Made by a program: the position numbers and the translations under genes. From contig OZ024740.1 of assembly GCA_964016885.1 (NCBI GenBank), positions 109,182,001 through 109,246,000 of the forward strand: a stretch of DNA of 64,000 bases, read 5' to 3'. Numbering within the stretch: the stretch's first letter is position 1; every line of letters begins with the position of its first letter. Under the pieces are notes generated by a model, which worked only from the letters and a program-made list of their open reading frames with translations, searched no databases and was not told the DNA's origin. This DNA is from Eledone cirrhosa (Eukaryota). Of this stretch, positions 32,832 to 43,304 are shown piece after piece.

Positions 32832-34928
32832 TTACCGTACTTTTGGTAGAGGAGGGATGGTTTTTACATCCCTTTTCACTTGATCGTCTGGTGAAGGGAC
32901 CGTTGAATCGTCCCTTCGGCTGGTCGTCGGCTCTTCTAAGAGAATGTCTGAGTATACTCTTCGATTGATGGTTCCTCCTAGGTCCCTGAAATCACCAACT
33001 GCGTTGGGGAATTTCGTTTTAATATTTGTGTATTGTTTCTGTGCTATTTTTAGCAGTCTTATGTTAGTTGGCGTTTTGATTGGTGCTGGTATTATGTAGT
33101 CCTGTTGTGAAATGTCTGTGTGTTCAATTATGTAAGTCATTAGTTTCTTGTTGTGTGTATTTATTGCCGTGCATTTGTTTTTCTGGGGGTGGGGTGTGGT
33201 TCTGCTATTTTCTTGTCGTTGTTGCTGGGTGTGTGTGTTTTGTTGTTGTGTTTGCGATGTTGGTGCTTGTGGTGGTGGTGTTGAAGGTGTTGTTGGCGGT
33301 GGGGTTGTCGCCGGTGGTGATGGTGGCGCTAGTGTGGGTGGTGATGGTGTTGGTGTTGTTGCTGCTGTGGGTCTCTTTGCAGTAGACTTTACCCTTTTCT
33401 CATTTCTTTCCTCACTTTTCAAAGGCGACGATGCGCTGCTTCTGCGTTTGTGCCTTCTTACGACCTTTTGCCATCTCTCTCCCACCTCACACTCCATGTC
33501 TGATTCTGTGAGGTCGGGGAGGGGTACCAACTCCACTCTTTCACTTGTTGTTGTTGGTGATGTTTGCACTGGAGTCTCTGTTGCAGCTGCATTTGGTATT
33601 GCTGTTGTTGTTGTTAGTATTTCCACTGCTGCTGCTGTTTTTGATTTCCGTGGAGTGGGTATGGGTGCCACGGGCCTATCGTTCCTGGTTGCCGCTTGTC
33701 CTGTTGCTGGTAGCCGTGGAGCCGGATTCGGAAGGAGGGGGGTTTTCTCCTTTCTCAGGGTCTTCTCGTTGCAGAAGGCCCTGAGGTGAGTCTTCGATCC
33801 ACAGCGAAAGCATTTCGGGCGTTTGCCCTCAACACTTATGGGCAGTTGAGTGCCGTTATCGAAGTCTATCACATCCGGGATAGCTTCGATGCACTCCTGG
33901 TTGGTTTGGATTAGCATCTCAATGGAGGAGCCGACCCAATCTTCTCTTACTTTTTTCTGTACTTGCAGTACAGTTGTTTTGTCCTCGATTCCGACGAGGA
34001 CAGACGCGGCCAGCCAAGAAGGGGTCATTCCGGGGGGGACGTGGGTCAGTTTGACCCTCACAATTTTTTGCCCACAGTAGGAGGGCACCAACACCATTTC
34101 CTCGCTCCTTAGGGTCACTACTGATTGGGCCTTTGCCTCCTGGGGTGTGGCAAAAAGTACGTCTACGGTGGCATATTTTTTGCCTCGGGTGATGTGCGTT
34201 TTCCGCTGCCACACAGACCCCAAGGCTTTTTGTATTTGGGCCTCTGTGGCTCTTTCCACCCTACGGGATTTTGTACTTACTGTACGGTACGTGACCGTAC
34301 AGTGCTCTTGGGTTTCGAAAAAAATTTTTGCTGCCTTGCAGATTGCTCGGTGTCCGTTCTTTGTCACCATCTTCTTCGCTTCGTCTAATTCCTCATTTGT
34401 TATGAGGATTGTTTCCAAATTTTTCGCAATACCTGCAAATGAGATTGGTTTTTCTCTGCTGTTGTTGTTGTCGTCAGAGCTGCTGGTACTTTTGTTGTTG
34501 CTGCAGGTACTACGACTACTGCCTCCGCCGCTGTTGCTGTGGTTGTTGTTGGTGTTGCTGCTGCTAATGCTGTTGTTGTTTATGCTGCTGGTGATGCTGT
34601 TGCGGCTGCTACTGTTGTTTTCATTGTCACTGTTGCTGTTGTTATTACGGCTGCTACTGCTATTATTCCTGACGTCAGACGAATGAACTGGGTTTTCGTA
34701 TTTCCCGCACACCTGTTTCGTCGCTGTCGTCGTCGTCGTGGAGAAACCTTGCACGCTTTGCACGAGACTTTTCTTTTCTTTCGTCACTTGCGAAAGAGAA
34801 GGGAGGGAGAGAGACACATTTAAAGAAGGGAGGGAGAGAGACAATCTTCTCTCTGCTGTAGTGATGATTGAGGAAGAAGAAGACGGAATGAGTGGGAGTG
34901 ACGTATGAAATTTCTTTTTCGTAGCCAT
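32832..34928 (-). CDS. Tx1/L1 ORF1
   Basis: ATG at 34928; CCHC knuckle; uninterrupted. Confidence 0.88.
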   Translation of the reverse strand: MATKKKFHTSLPLIPSSSSSIITTAERRLSLSLPSLNVSLSLPSLSQVTKEKKSLVQSVQGFSTTTTTATKQVCGKYENPVHSSDVRNNSSSSRNNNSNSDNENNSSSRNSITSSINNNSISSSNTNNNHSNSGGGSSRSTCSNNKSTSSSDDNNNSREKPISFAGIAKNLETILITNEELDEAKKMVTKNGHRAICKAAKIFFETQEHCTVTYRTVSTKSRRVERATEAQIQKALGSVWQRKTHITRGKKYATVDVLFATPQEAKAQSVVTLRSEEMVLVPSYCGQKIVRVKLTHVPPGMTPSWLAASVLVGIEDKTTVLQVQKKVREDWVGSSIEMLIQTNQECIEAIPDVIDFDNGTQLPISVEGKRPKCFRCGSKTHLRAFCNEKTLRKEKTPLLPNPAPRLPATGQAATRNDRPVAPIPTPRKSKTAAAVEILTTTTAIPNAAATETPVQTSPTTTSERVELVPLPDLTESDMECEVGERWQKVVRRHKRRSSASSPLKSEERNEKRVKSTAKRPTAATTPTPSPPTLAPPSPPATTPPPTTPSTPPPQAPTSQTQQQNTHTQQQRQENSRTTPHPQKNKCTAINTHNKKLMTYIIEHTDISQQDYIIPAPIKTPTNIRLLKIAQKQYTNIKTKFPNAVGDFRDLGGTINRRVYSDILLEEPTTSRRDDSTVPSPDDQVKRDVKTIPPLPKVR

Positions 34929-35144
34929 GTTGTTTTTTTGTATAAAATGAAATTTTGGGTACAAAACCCCAATAACTGGTTATTTAACCCCGAAGGGCCA
35001 AATAACGTACAGAAAGACCCCTCTCACGAGGAGGAGGGTGTCTTTATCAACAATTTGGTTCAAGTTTTAAACAATTTACAATTGTTTTAACGGTTAAAAA
35101 TTACTATACCTTACAGAGCCGAGCCTCCGTCAACCATGGCATTC

Positions 35145-35191
<47 letters not shown>

Positions 35192-35205
35192 GGGAATAAT
35201 AATAA

Positions 35206-37872
35206 GAAGGGAAGAAGACGCGCGAGGTGGTAGAAGGTCATGAAATCGCTCCCGTAAGATTTTGATTTTTAACATATTTAAATCAATTGTGAAATAACAA
35301 TTCTTAGTACAAATGTTGCATAAACCACCGAATGAAGTCCCATAAAATTTCGGATCCATATTATATTGTTATATCGCTCAAATATTCAATTTTGTATTAT
35401 ATATTTTGTATTAAAAAAAAAGAAAATGGTTATAAATGGAAGAAAACACCCTCTGTCTACACTATATAGAACAGCCAAATAACAGCAATTTCACCAACAC
35501 CAGAAACTTGATACACCACCTATCCCATCACACTAAATATAACAGCCAGATAACGGCAATTTCACCACCACCACCATCAATCCCGGCATGATAATAATAA
35601 TTACTATTATTATTGTCTCAAATTTTAACAAAATGTTTAATTCCAATTTTACAGGAATATGTCAACACAATATATATTAAACATACGAACACAAACTCAT
35701 AGATACTACATATCACAAAACCCAGTAACCACAACGCCACCGCCGCCACCACCCCATCCATCATCTTGCTACCACTATCCCATCGCCGCCGCCACCACTC
35801 CTTCATTGCTACCACCACTATTCCCCTGTTAACTTGAGAGAGAAAGGGGAAGGTGGCGGTATCACTAGACAAGGGAGAGGCTAGCAAAAGATATAAATAG
35901 ATTGACTTAGTGACCTGGCCACCGGCCAAATGTCAACATCAACAACTATGGGACTGCTGGCTCACCCCTTCCTCACCAACAATATAAAAAGCCCCGGCAC
36001 CACCACCGACATAGCCAACAACAATAACAAGCAACTACAGCAAAAAGTATATTATATTATTGTAATGCACTGGGTGATTGCTGGCCTTGTGCCTGGAGTG
36101 GAGACAATTATTAATAATTTCATTCTTAAGCCACGCAATGCTCACATTAAGGAACCACTCATGATAATAACAATTTAAAAAACAACAACAAAAAGAAAAC
36201 CCCGTGACCAAGAAATACCGGGATGGCGGCCGGCGGGGAATAGCCGTGTCTCTAGGGGAGAACGACCCCTCTAGTCTTGGTTGACACTCGTTCTAGAAGT
36301 GGTAACACGAAATTATTACCCCTTGGCGGATAAGGATAAAACGCGACAAAATAAAGTAAATGTCTAATGATAAAATCTCATACCGGATCGGCCGTCACCC
36401 GGGTAAAAAAGGGCCGCGTCCCTCAGAGAGGAACCAGACTGGGGTCGAAAAATCAGCTAATGGTTCAAACCTTCCCATCACTTCGGAGCTGGAGACCTCC
36501 CATAACCGGAATACTCCTACTGTTGGCCCTCCATGCTCACCACCAAAGAAAAAGAGAGAAAAATGGTCAAGGGAAGATAATAAAGAAGTCCTTGAGGCTT
36601 TCTACACTGCCATGTACTACCCATCAAATACATCGAATACAGAACAGACATATATCAACTGGAAAAAGAAACATCCCGAAAACAGAGGCTATATTGACAG
36701 TAACAAACTAGCCAATATACGAAGAAATATTGTAAGAAAAAAGTTACTAACTGATACAGAAATTGATCAGATCAAGCTATTAGCACAAAGTCAGCGAAGG
36801 GAAAATGAAATATGTGTCAGTGAAAACGAGGTAAACAGTAACACTTCGAACCCCAGGGTTGGGGCGGAATCACTGACAACAGAACAAATTAAGGAAAGGA
36901 TCGAAAAAGTGGAGGGAGTGCATGCTCAGGATGAAACTCCAAATGAAAATAATGAGATCGTAAATGATAAAGAAATGAATGAGAATGAACTTGCCAACTT
37001 GAAGGATGAAATTATGATCGAATGGATGAAAATGAAAGAATCTGACATGGGGCAACGAGACACCCTCCCTAAGATCCAGAACTCCAAACAGAACCAAAAG
37101 ATAATACACAAGACTAACATAATTCTCAAAAACATTATCATCACAAACAAACTAAACATTACTGATTTAAATCATCTCTATTATGCATCGGCTAAAGTCA
37201 CCACTCACTTATGTGGAGTGAAGATGAAAAAACAAAGGAATTCCCACAAGAAATCTACTTGGCAAGAGAACATCAATCGCCAAATAAACCTTCTCCGATC
37301 TGACATAGAAATGTTAACAAACTATAAAGTAGGTGAACATGTTAAACAAACTAAACTTAGAAAATTGAAAAAAAGTACAGTATAAAATCAACATGTGACA
37401 TAGACATGCTGATAGAAATAATCAAGCAAAAAGTGTCGGCCAAAGCTGCTCGTATAAGGCGCTTTGAAAAACGATCTAGATTCTATAAGGACAATAATAT
37501 GTTCAAAAACAACCAAAGAAACTTCTACAGAAAAATTGGTAAGTCAACAATAACTGCTAAATCAATACCACCCAAGGAGGAAGTGCAAGAATTCTGGGAA
37601 AAGATCTGGGCCGAAGAAAAAATTCATAACATACATGCCCCATGGATAGACAGACAAATGAAAGATACAGCTCACCTTGAGGAACAAATATGGGAAAATA
37701 TAACAGTTGAACAGTTGCGCTTGGCTCTAAGAAAAACAAGCAAATGGAAATCCCCAGGAAAAGACAAAATACAAAACTTTTGGATAAATGTCTTCACAGA
37801 GTCTCATGAGCTGTTAGCCCAACTTTACAATGAAATAGTTAAGGAGCCAGAAAAGATACCATCATGGCTAGT
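35206..37872 (+). mobile_element. R4/Dong-like family A, 5'-intact but 3'-deleted copy
   Basis: Begins after (AAT)n; ~1.15 kb leader; ORF from 36360 with a 1-nt frameshift in an A-run near 37370; near-identical to 43445-46322; stops just after KSPGKD..PSWL. Confidence 0.88.
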
Positions 37873-38710
37873 TTCCCAGAATTCTTGCACTTCCTCCTTG
37901 GGTGGTATTGATTTAGCAGTTATTGTTGACTTACCAATTTTTCTGTAGAAGTTTCTTTGGTTGTTTTTGAACATATTATTGTCCTTATAGAATCTAGATC
38001 GTTTTTCAAAGCGCCTTATACGAGCAGCTTTGGCCGACACTTTTTGCTTGATTATTTCTATCAGCATGTCTATGTCACTTGTTGATTTTATACTACTTTC
38101 TTTTCAGTTTTCTAAGTTTAGTTTGTTTAACATGTTCACCTACTTTATAGTTTGTTAACATTTCTATGTCAGATCGGAGAAGGTTTATTTGGCGATTGAT
38201 GTTCTCTTGCCAAGTAGATTTTTTGTGGGAATTCCTTTGTTTTTTCACCTTCACTCCACATAAGTGAGTGGTGACTTTAGCCGATGCATAATAGAGATGA
38301 TTTAAATCAGTAATGTTTAGTTTGTTTGTGATGATAATGTTTTTGAGTTTATGTTAGTCTTGTGTATTATCTTTTGGTTCTGTTTGGAGTTCTGGATCTT
38401 AGGGAGGGTGTCTCGTTACCCCATGTCAGATTCTTTCATTTTCATCCATTCGATTATAATTTCATCCTTCAAGTTGGCAAGTTCATTCTCATTCATTTCT
38501 TTATCATTTACGATCTCATTGTTTTCATTTGGAGTTTCATCTTGAGCATGCACTCCCTCCACTTTTTAGATCCTTTCTTTAATTTGTTCTGTTGTCAGTG
38601 ATTCCGCCCCAACCCTGGGATTCGAAGTGTTACAATTTACCTCGTTTTCACTGACACATGTTTCATTTTCCCTTCGCTGACTTTGTGCTAATAGCTTGAT
38701 CTGATCAATT
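37871..38710 (-). mobile_element. R4/Dong-like family A, inverted 5'-truncated and 3'-deleted copy
   Basis: Reverse complement of ~36760-37600 with scattered substitutions; its 5' end abuts (ATT)n at 38711. Confidence 0.88.
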
Positions 38711-38740
38711 TATTATTATTATTATTATTGTTATTGTTAT

Positions 38741-41700
38741 TTCTTGAATCTCAGTCATTGATGTTGGTTAACTGGAAAGTCCGTTGGATTGAATATCAAA
38801 CCACTACCTGCAGCCTCAGATATTCAGGACGTATCGGAGGGTTCTTGCTGTTCCAAGCAAGCATGCCTTTTGAAGCGTTCCAAAAAGCGTGAAGGGGCCG
38901 ATTTTCTTTAACCATCCCTGGAAACTTTTGGAGATAGTCCCCAGTGCGCCTATGACAATCGGGATCACTTTGACTTCATGGCAGTTCCAAATCCTTTTCA
39001 CCTCCCACTTTAGGTCCTGGTATCGGTTAATTTTCTCCCTCTCCTTCTCTTGCACTCTCGTGTCGAACGGGCAGGCCACATCCACAATCAGGCACGATCT
39101 TTTTTCTTTGTCCACAACCACCAGGTCAGGTCTATTGTGTTCCAGTTTTTTGTCCGTCTGTATCCTAAAATCTCACAGCACCTTCACCTGATTGTTCTCC
39201 ATCACCGCCTCTGGCCTATGCTCATACCATTTCTCAGAATGTGGTAGATTGTTTACTTTTCACAGGTGCCAGTGGATCACCCTGCCCATCACATCGTGTC
39301 TCCAGCCCTTATAGTGGGTCTGGGCTAGGTGTTTACACTCGGACACAATGTGAGCCACAGTCTCCTCTCTCTCTCCACAGATCCTGCACAGTGGGCTGGC
39401 CTCCTCCTTGTAGATATGGTGCTTCAACCACTTCGTTTTGAGGGCCTGCTCCTGCGCAGCCATTAGCATTCCTTCTGTAGCCTTTTTGAGGTCTCCTCTT
39501 CTCAACCAGTTCCATGTCTGTGGATCTCTAAATTCAGTTTTCTCAAAGAAGGTACTATGAAGGGGTTTTCCCTTAAGGCTGCTCTTCCTCCTTGATGTTA
39601 TTTCCTCCCTGGACATCCCCTGGCCTACTGTCCCCTCCTTCAGTACAGCTCTGAGCATTGGCTCCTTACTATAGGTCACGTATTTGTATAGGTTGTTTTT
39701 CTCCATCTGAACACAGGCCTCTATGCTGATAAGACCTCTTCCATCCTCAGATCTCCTTAGGTAGAGTCTATCGACATCACTCCTCTTGTGGAACATGTTG
39801 TAGATAGTCAATAGCTTCCTAGTCTTCCTATCCATTTCTTTCTGTTCAGCAACATTTCATCTCAGAATTCCCGCACTGTACCTAATAATAGACACAGCTC
39901 GGGAATTTGCTGCGCTTATGGCATTTCTGCTGTTCAGATGTGACTTCAATACGCTCCTTACTCTCCGAATGTATTCAGTTCTTAACAATTCCTTCATTTT
40001 TTTGTTCTTTATGCCATCAGCCTCCAGAACGCCCAAATACTTGTATCCTTCCTCAGAGTCAATTTCCTTTATCATCTCACCTGTTGGTATCTGGATCCCG
40101 TTACTTCTGCTCAACCTACCCCTCTTCATCACAATGACTCCACATTTACCAATACCAAACTGCATACATATATCACTGCTGAAAATACGGACAGTGTCAA
40201 CAAGCACATCCAACTCCTTCTCACTTTTCCCGAAGAGCTTAAGATCGTCCATGAAGAGGAGGTGATTGATGGTAAGCTCTCCCCTTCCCAACTTGTATCC
40301 TGCTCTCACTTTTCGCAGCATAATGGTCAAGGGCATCAGGGCAAGGACAAACAACAGAGAGGACAGGCTATCTCCCTGGAAGATACCTCTCTTGATCTTC
40401 ACGCTTCCCAAGGATACTCCAGTTGATGTCAACTCTGTCTCCCAGGACCCCATACTTCTGCCTAGCAACTGTCTGATGTTATCCGCCACCCTGAAGATCT
40501 CCAGGCTTTTGGTGATCCAGGAATGAGGCACCATGTCAAATGCCTTTCTGTAGTCTATCCATCCCATGGCAAGATCAGTGTGTCTCCTCCTGCAATTCCC
40601 CATTACCATCTTATCAATAAGCAACTGGTCCTTTGTACCACGTGACTTCTTTCGGCATCCTTTCTGTTCGTCCGGTAACAAGTTGTTTGTGTGGAGGTGA
40701 TGGTAGATTTCCTCAGACACAATGCTCGTCAACAGTTTCCACATTACGGGCAGACATGTGATAGGTCTATAGTTGGTAGCATCATTACCCTTGATTCGGT
40801 CTTTCATTATCAGAACTGTGGTACCTTTTGTCAACCACTCTGGCACCTCACCCGACACCAAGCAGTCATTGAACATGGCCGTCAGCTTCGGGTGGAGGGA
40901 TGTTAGATGTTTAATCCAATACCCCTGCACACCATCTGGGCCTGGCGATTTCCAGTTGGTTAGTTTTTTGGCTTGTCCCTTAAGAGTTTCAACTGTGATA
41001 CTCAAATCAGTCTGTTGCTGTGCCTGCTCACCGATCTCCCTCTGTACTGTCTCAATCCACCCTGCCTGGGCATTGTGTCTAACATCCTGCTCCCATATTC
41101 CTCTCCAGAATGTTTTAGTTTGCTCCGCCCCAGGGATCAAGTCGTTGCCTCCTTCTTTGCCCTCAAGCTGTCCAAACAGCATCTTCTGGTTGTTGTCGAA
41201 CATGCGGTTCTGTTTATACTGACTGACTCTGTTCTCGTATCGCCTGATTTTTGCACTCTTTGCTACAATGCGTTGCTTCAATTCCTCTATGATAATATTT
41301 AGCTTTTTACTCCTAGTTTTGTATTTTATTTCCAGTCTATTTTTAGTGCTTATGTTTTTTAGTGTCCCATTCAGTAGTGACTCAAGCTTTCCTATGTCAT
41401 TTCTCATTTCCCCGATTTGCCCACTCAGTCGCTTCTTCCACCACGGCTCTGCTCTTTCTTGTCTGTTGTTTCCTCTCGCTTTTATACCAAGTAGTTTCCT
41501 CACCGTATTTGCTGTTGCTCTGAGGATATTGTTGCACTGGTGAAGGCTCCTCGCCTCAAGGTATGGGATGACTTTGTTTACCTTAGCTGTTGTTTCTTTT
41601 AACTTTTTCCTGTCTACAAATCTTAGGTTCATAGGTCTCCCACTATCATTGTTCAATTCATCTACCACTAAATTTAGGATGTCAACCGAATCTTGTCCTA

Positions 41701-43273
41701 GCCCGTCAGCATTCATCTCCTCAGTGGCCGTATCTCTGTTCCAGGTATTATTTATCTCAGTACTCAGATCATTGTCTGCTTCGGGTGGTTCCTCCGTTCT
41801 CAGGACCTCCTCACATTCATTTTCCACCGGCTCGCTTGTCTGGCATACTACACCCGCCATCTCCAAGCCATTCTCTCTGCTCAGTTCCTCCAGTTCCAGC
41901 TCGCTTATCCACCCATTAGTTCTTATTACCCGAGCCTGCCCGGCCAATTTTTGTTCATCTAATTTAAATAAACCAATCTCGTTCCAGATGTTATGCATCC
42001 GTCTCCTGTAGCCCCTCTCCTTGGGGTTACTTTTCAGGTAGCATTGCATAACAGTTCTATTCAATTCTTTCGTCCAGTTGGTTCTGGCCCCTTTCCTTCT
42101 TCTCCTTCCTCCAACATCAGCAGTATTTGGTTGACAGTCAGGTTCCTGCTGCTGAGCCAGGGGGCACCTGTTGGGTGAGAGTCTGTCACATGACGTTCTA
42201 GTCTCCATTTCACCGTTATTCGAACTGTTTATGTTCGATATTTAAACACTCTTATCGAGGATTGGCGAATGTATGTTTACATAGCCATCTGTGGGTCCGC
42301 CATCCCACTTGGCCCTTGTGTGGCATTATCACCACGCTGTATATGAACACACATAAACAAACAAACACACAGGCAGAAAGGGCCCCAGAAATGAATAAGC
42401 ATAAGTTTCATTGTAATGTAGTGTTCGAATGTCTGACTTAGTTTTAGTTTTTTAAGTTTTACTTTTTCCCCCCTCTTCTCTGTCCGTCCGCCTGCTTCTC
42501 TCTTCATTCTTATTTTCTTTACGTTTTTGGGGTTTCTTTTTTTTGTTTTTGTTTTTCTCTGTTTGTTTTTCTCGTTTTTTGCTGTTGTTGCTGTGCTGCT
42601 TTGGTTTTGTTGTTTGTTTTTTCTTTTTTCTTTTGGGTCTATCTATATATTTTGATGCCTTCCTCTTTGTTAGTAGTAGGAATTCTATAATGTGGGAGTA
42701 GCAGCCAGCAGGGAAGTGGGAGACTGGCGGCGTTAGCGATACTGAGACAGTGGTGGTGGTGATGTCGATACCGAGGCAGTGGTGGCGGTGATGTGACCGT
42801 ATTACTGTAGTGATGGTGCTGTAGCGGAGTCAAGGGGTGGTGGCGGCGGTGATGGGATAGTGGTGGTAATGATGGCCGTAGTGAGCGGTGGCGGTGAAGG
42901 TGAAAATGTGTCGTTATCTGGCTGTTGTGTTTAGTGTACACATATGATGGGGTGGGTGGTGTATCTAGTTTCTGGTGTTGGTGAGTTTAGCTGTCCTATA
43001 TAGTGTAGCCAGAGGAGAGGAGGGGAGGGGTTCTTCTTCCATTTATAGCCATTTTTTTGGGGGGATATACAGTGTACAATACAAAGTTGAATATTTGAAT
43101 ATTTGAGCCTTATAACAATATATTTTGGGTCCGAAATTTTTGGGGCTCAAGCCGGGTGCTTTACGTAGCATTTGTGCTAAGAGTTGTTATTTCACAAATG
43201 GTTTAAATATGTTAAAAATTCAAAACTTACGGGAGCGATTTCATGACCTCCGTCACCTCGTGCGTCTTCTTCC

Positions 43274-43275
<2 letters not shown>
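38741..43275 (-). mobile_element. R4/Dong-like family B, full length, between (ATT)n arrays
   Basis: ~1.07 kb leader, single long reading frame, short 3' UTR, (AAT)n tail on the sense strand. Confidence 0.92.
38816..42208 (-). pseudogene. Dong-like ORF (RT + CCHC + REL), one frame interrupted by three in-frame TGA codons
   Basis: NYRPITCL, DYRKAFD, QGDSLS, FMDDLK, CRIC..HIVSEC, RHD, RPDL..DVACPFD. TGA at 39857-39859, 39260-39262 and 39173-39175. Confidence 0.88.

Positions 43276-43304
<29 letters not shown>

Larger units (their letters stand above)
29114..35144 (-). mobile_element. Full-length L1/Tx1-clade element, copy 2 (head-to-tail with copy 1)
   Basis: About 99% identical to copy 1: 7 aa differences visible in ORF2 and two in-frame indels in ORF1. 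Confidence 0.95.

Noticed and set aside
23632-34823. Plus-strand ORFs of 70-240 aa overlapping the Tx1 elements
   Set aside because: Antisense shadows of GC-rich or low-complexity ORF1/ORF2; the longest (27076-27789) is shortened by a stop in copy 2.
37360-37385. Programmed frameshift between the 341-aa and 180-aa ORFs of Dong-A
   Set aside because: The 43445-46228 copy has one more A in the run and reads through; this is a homopolymer indel or sequencing error.
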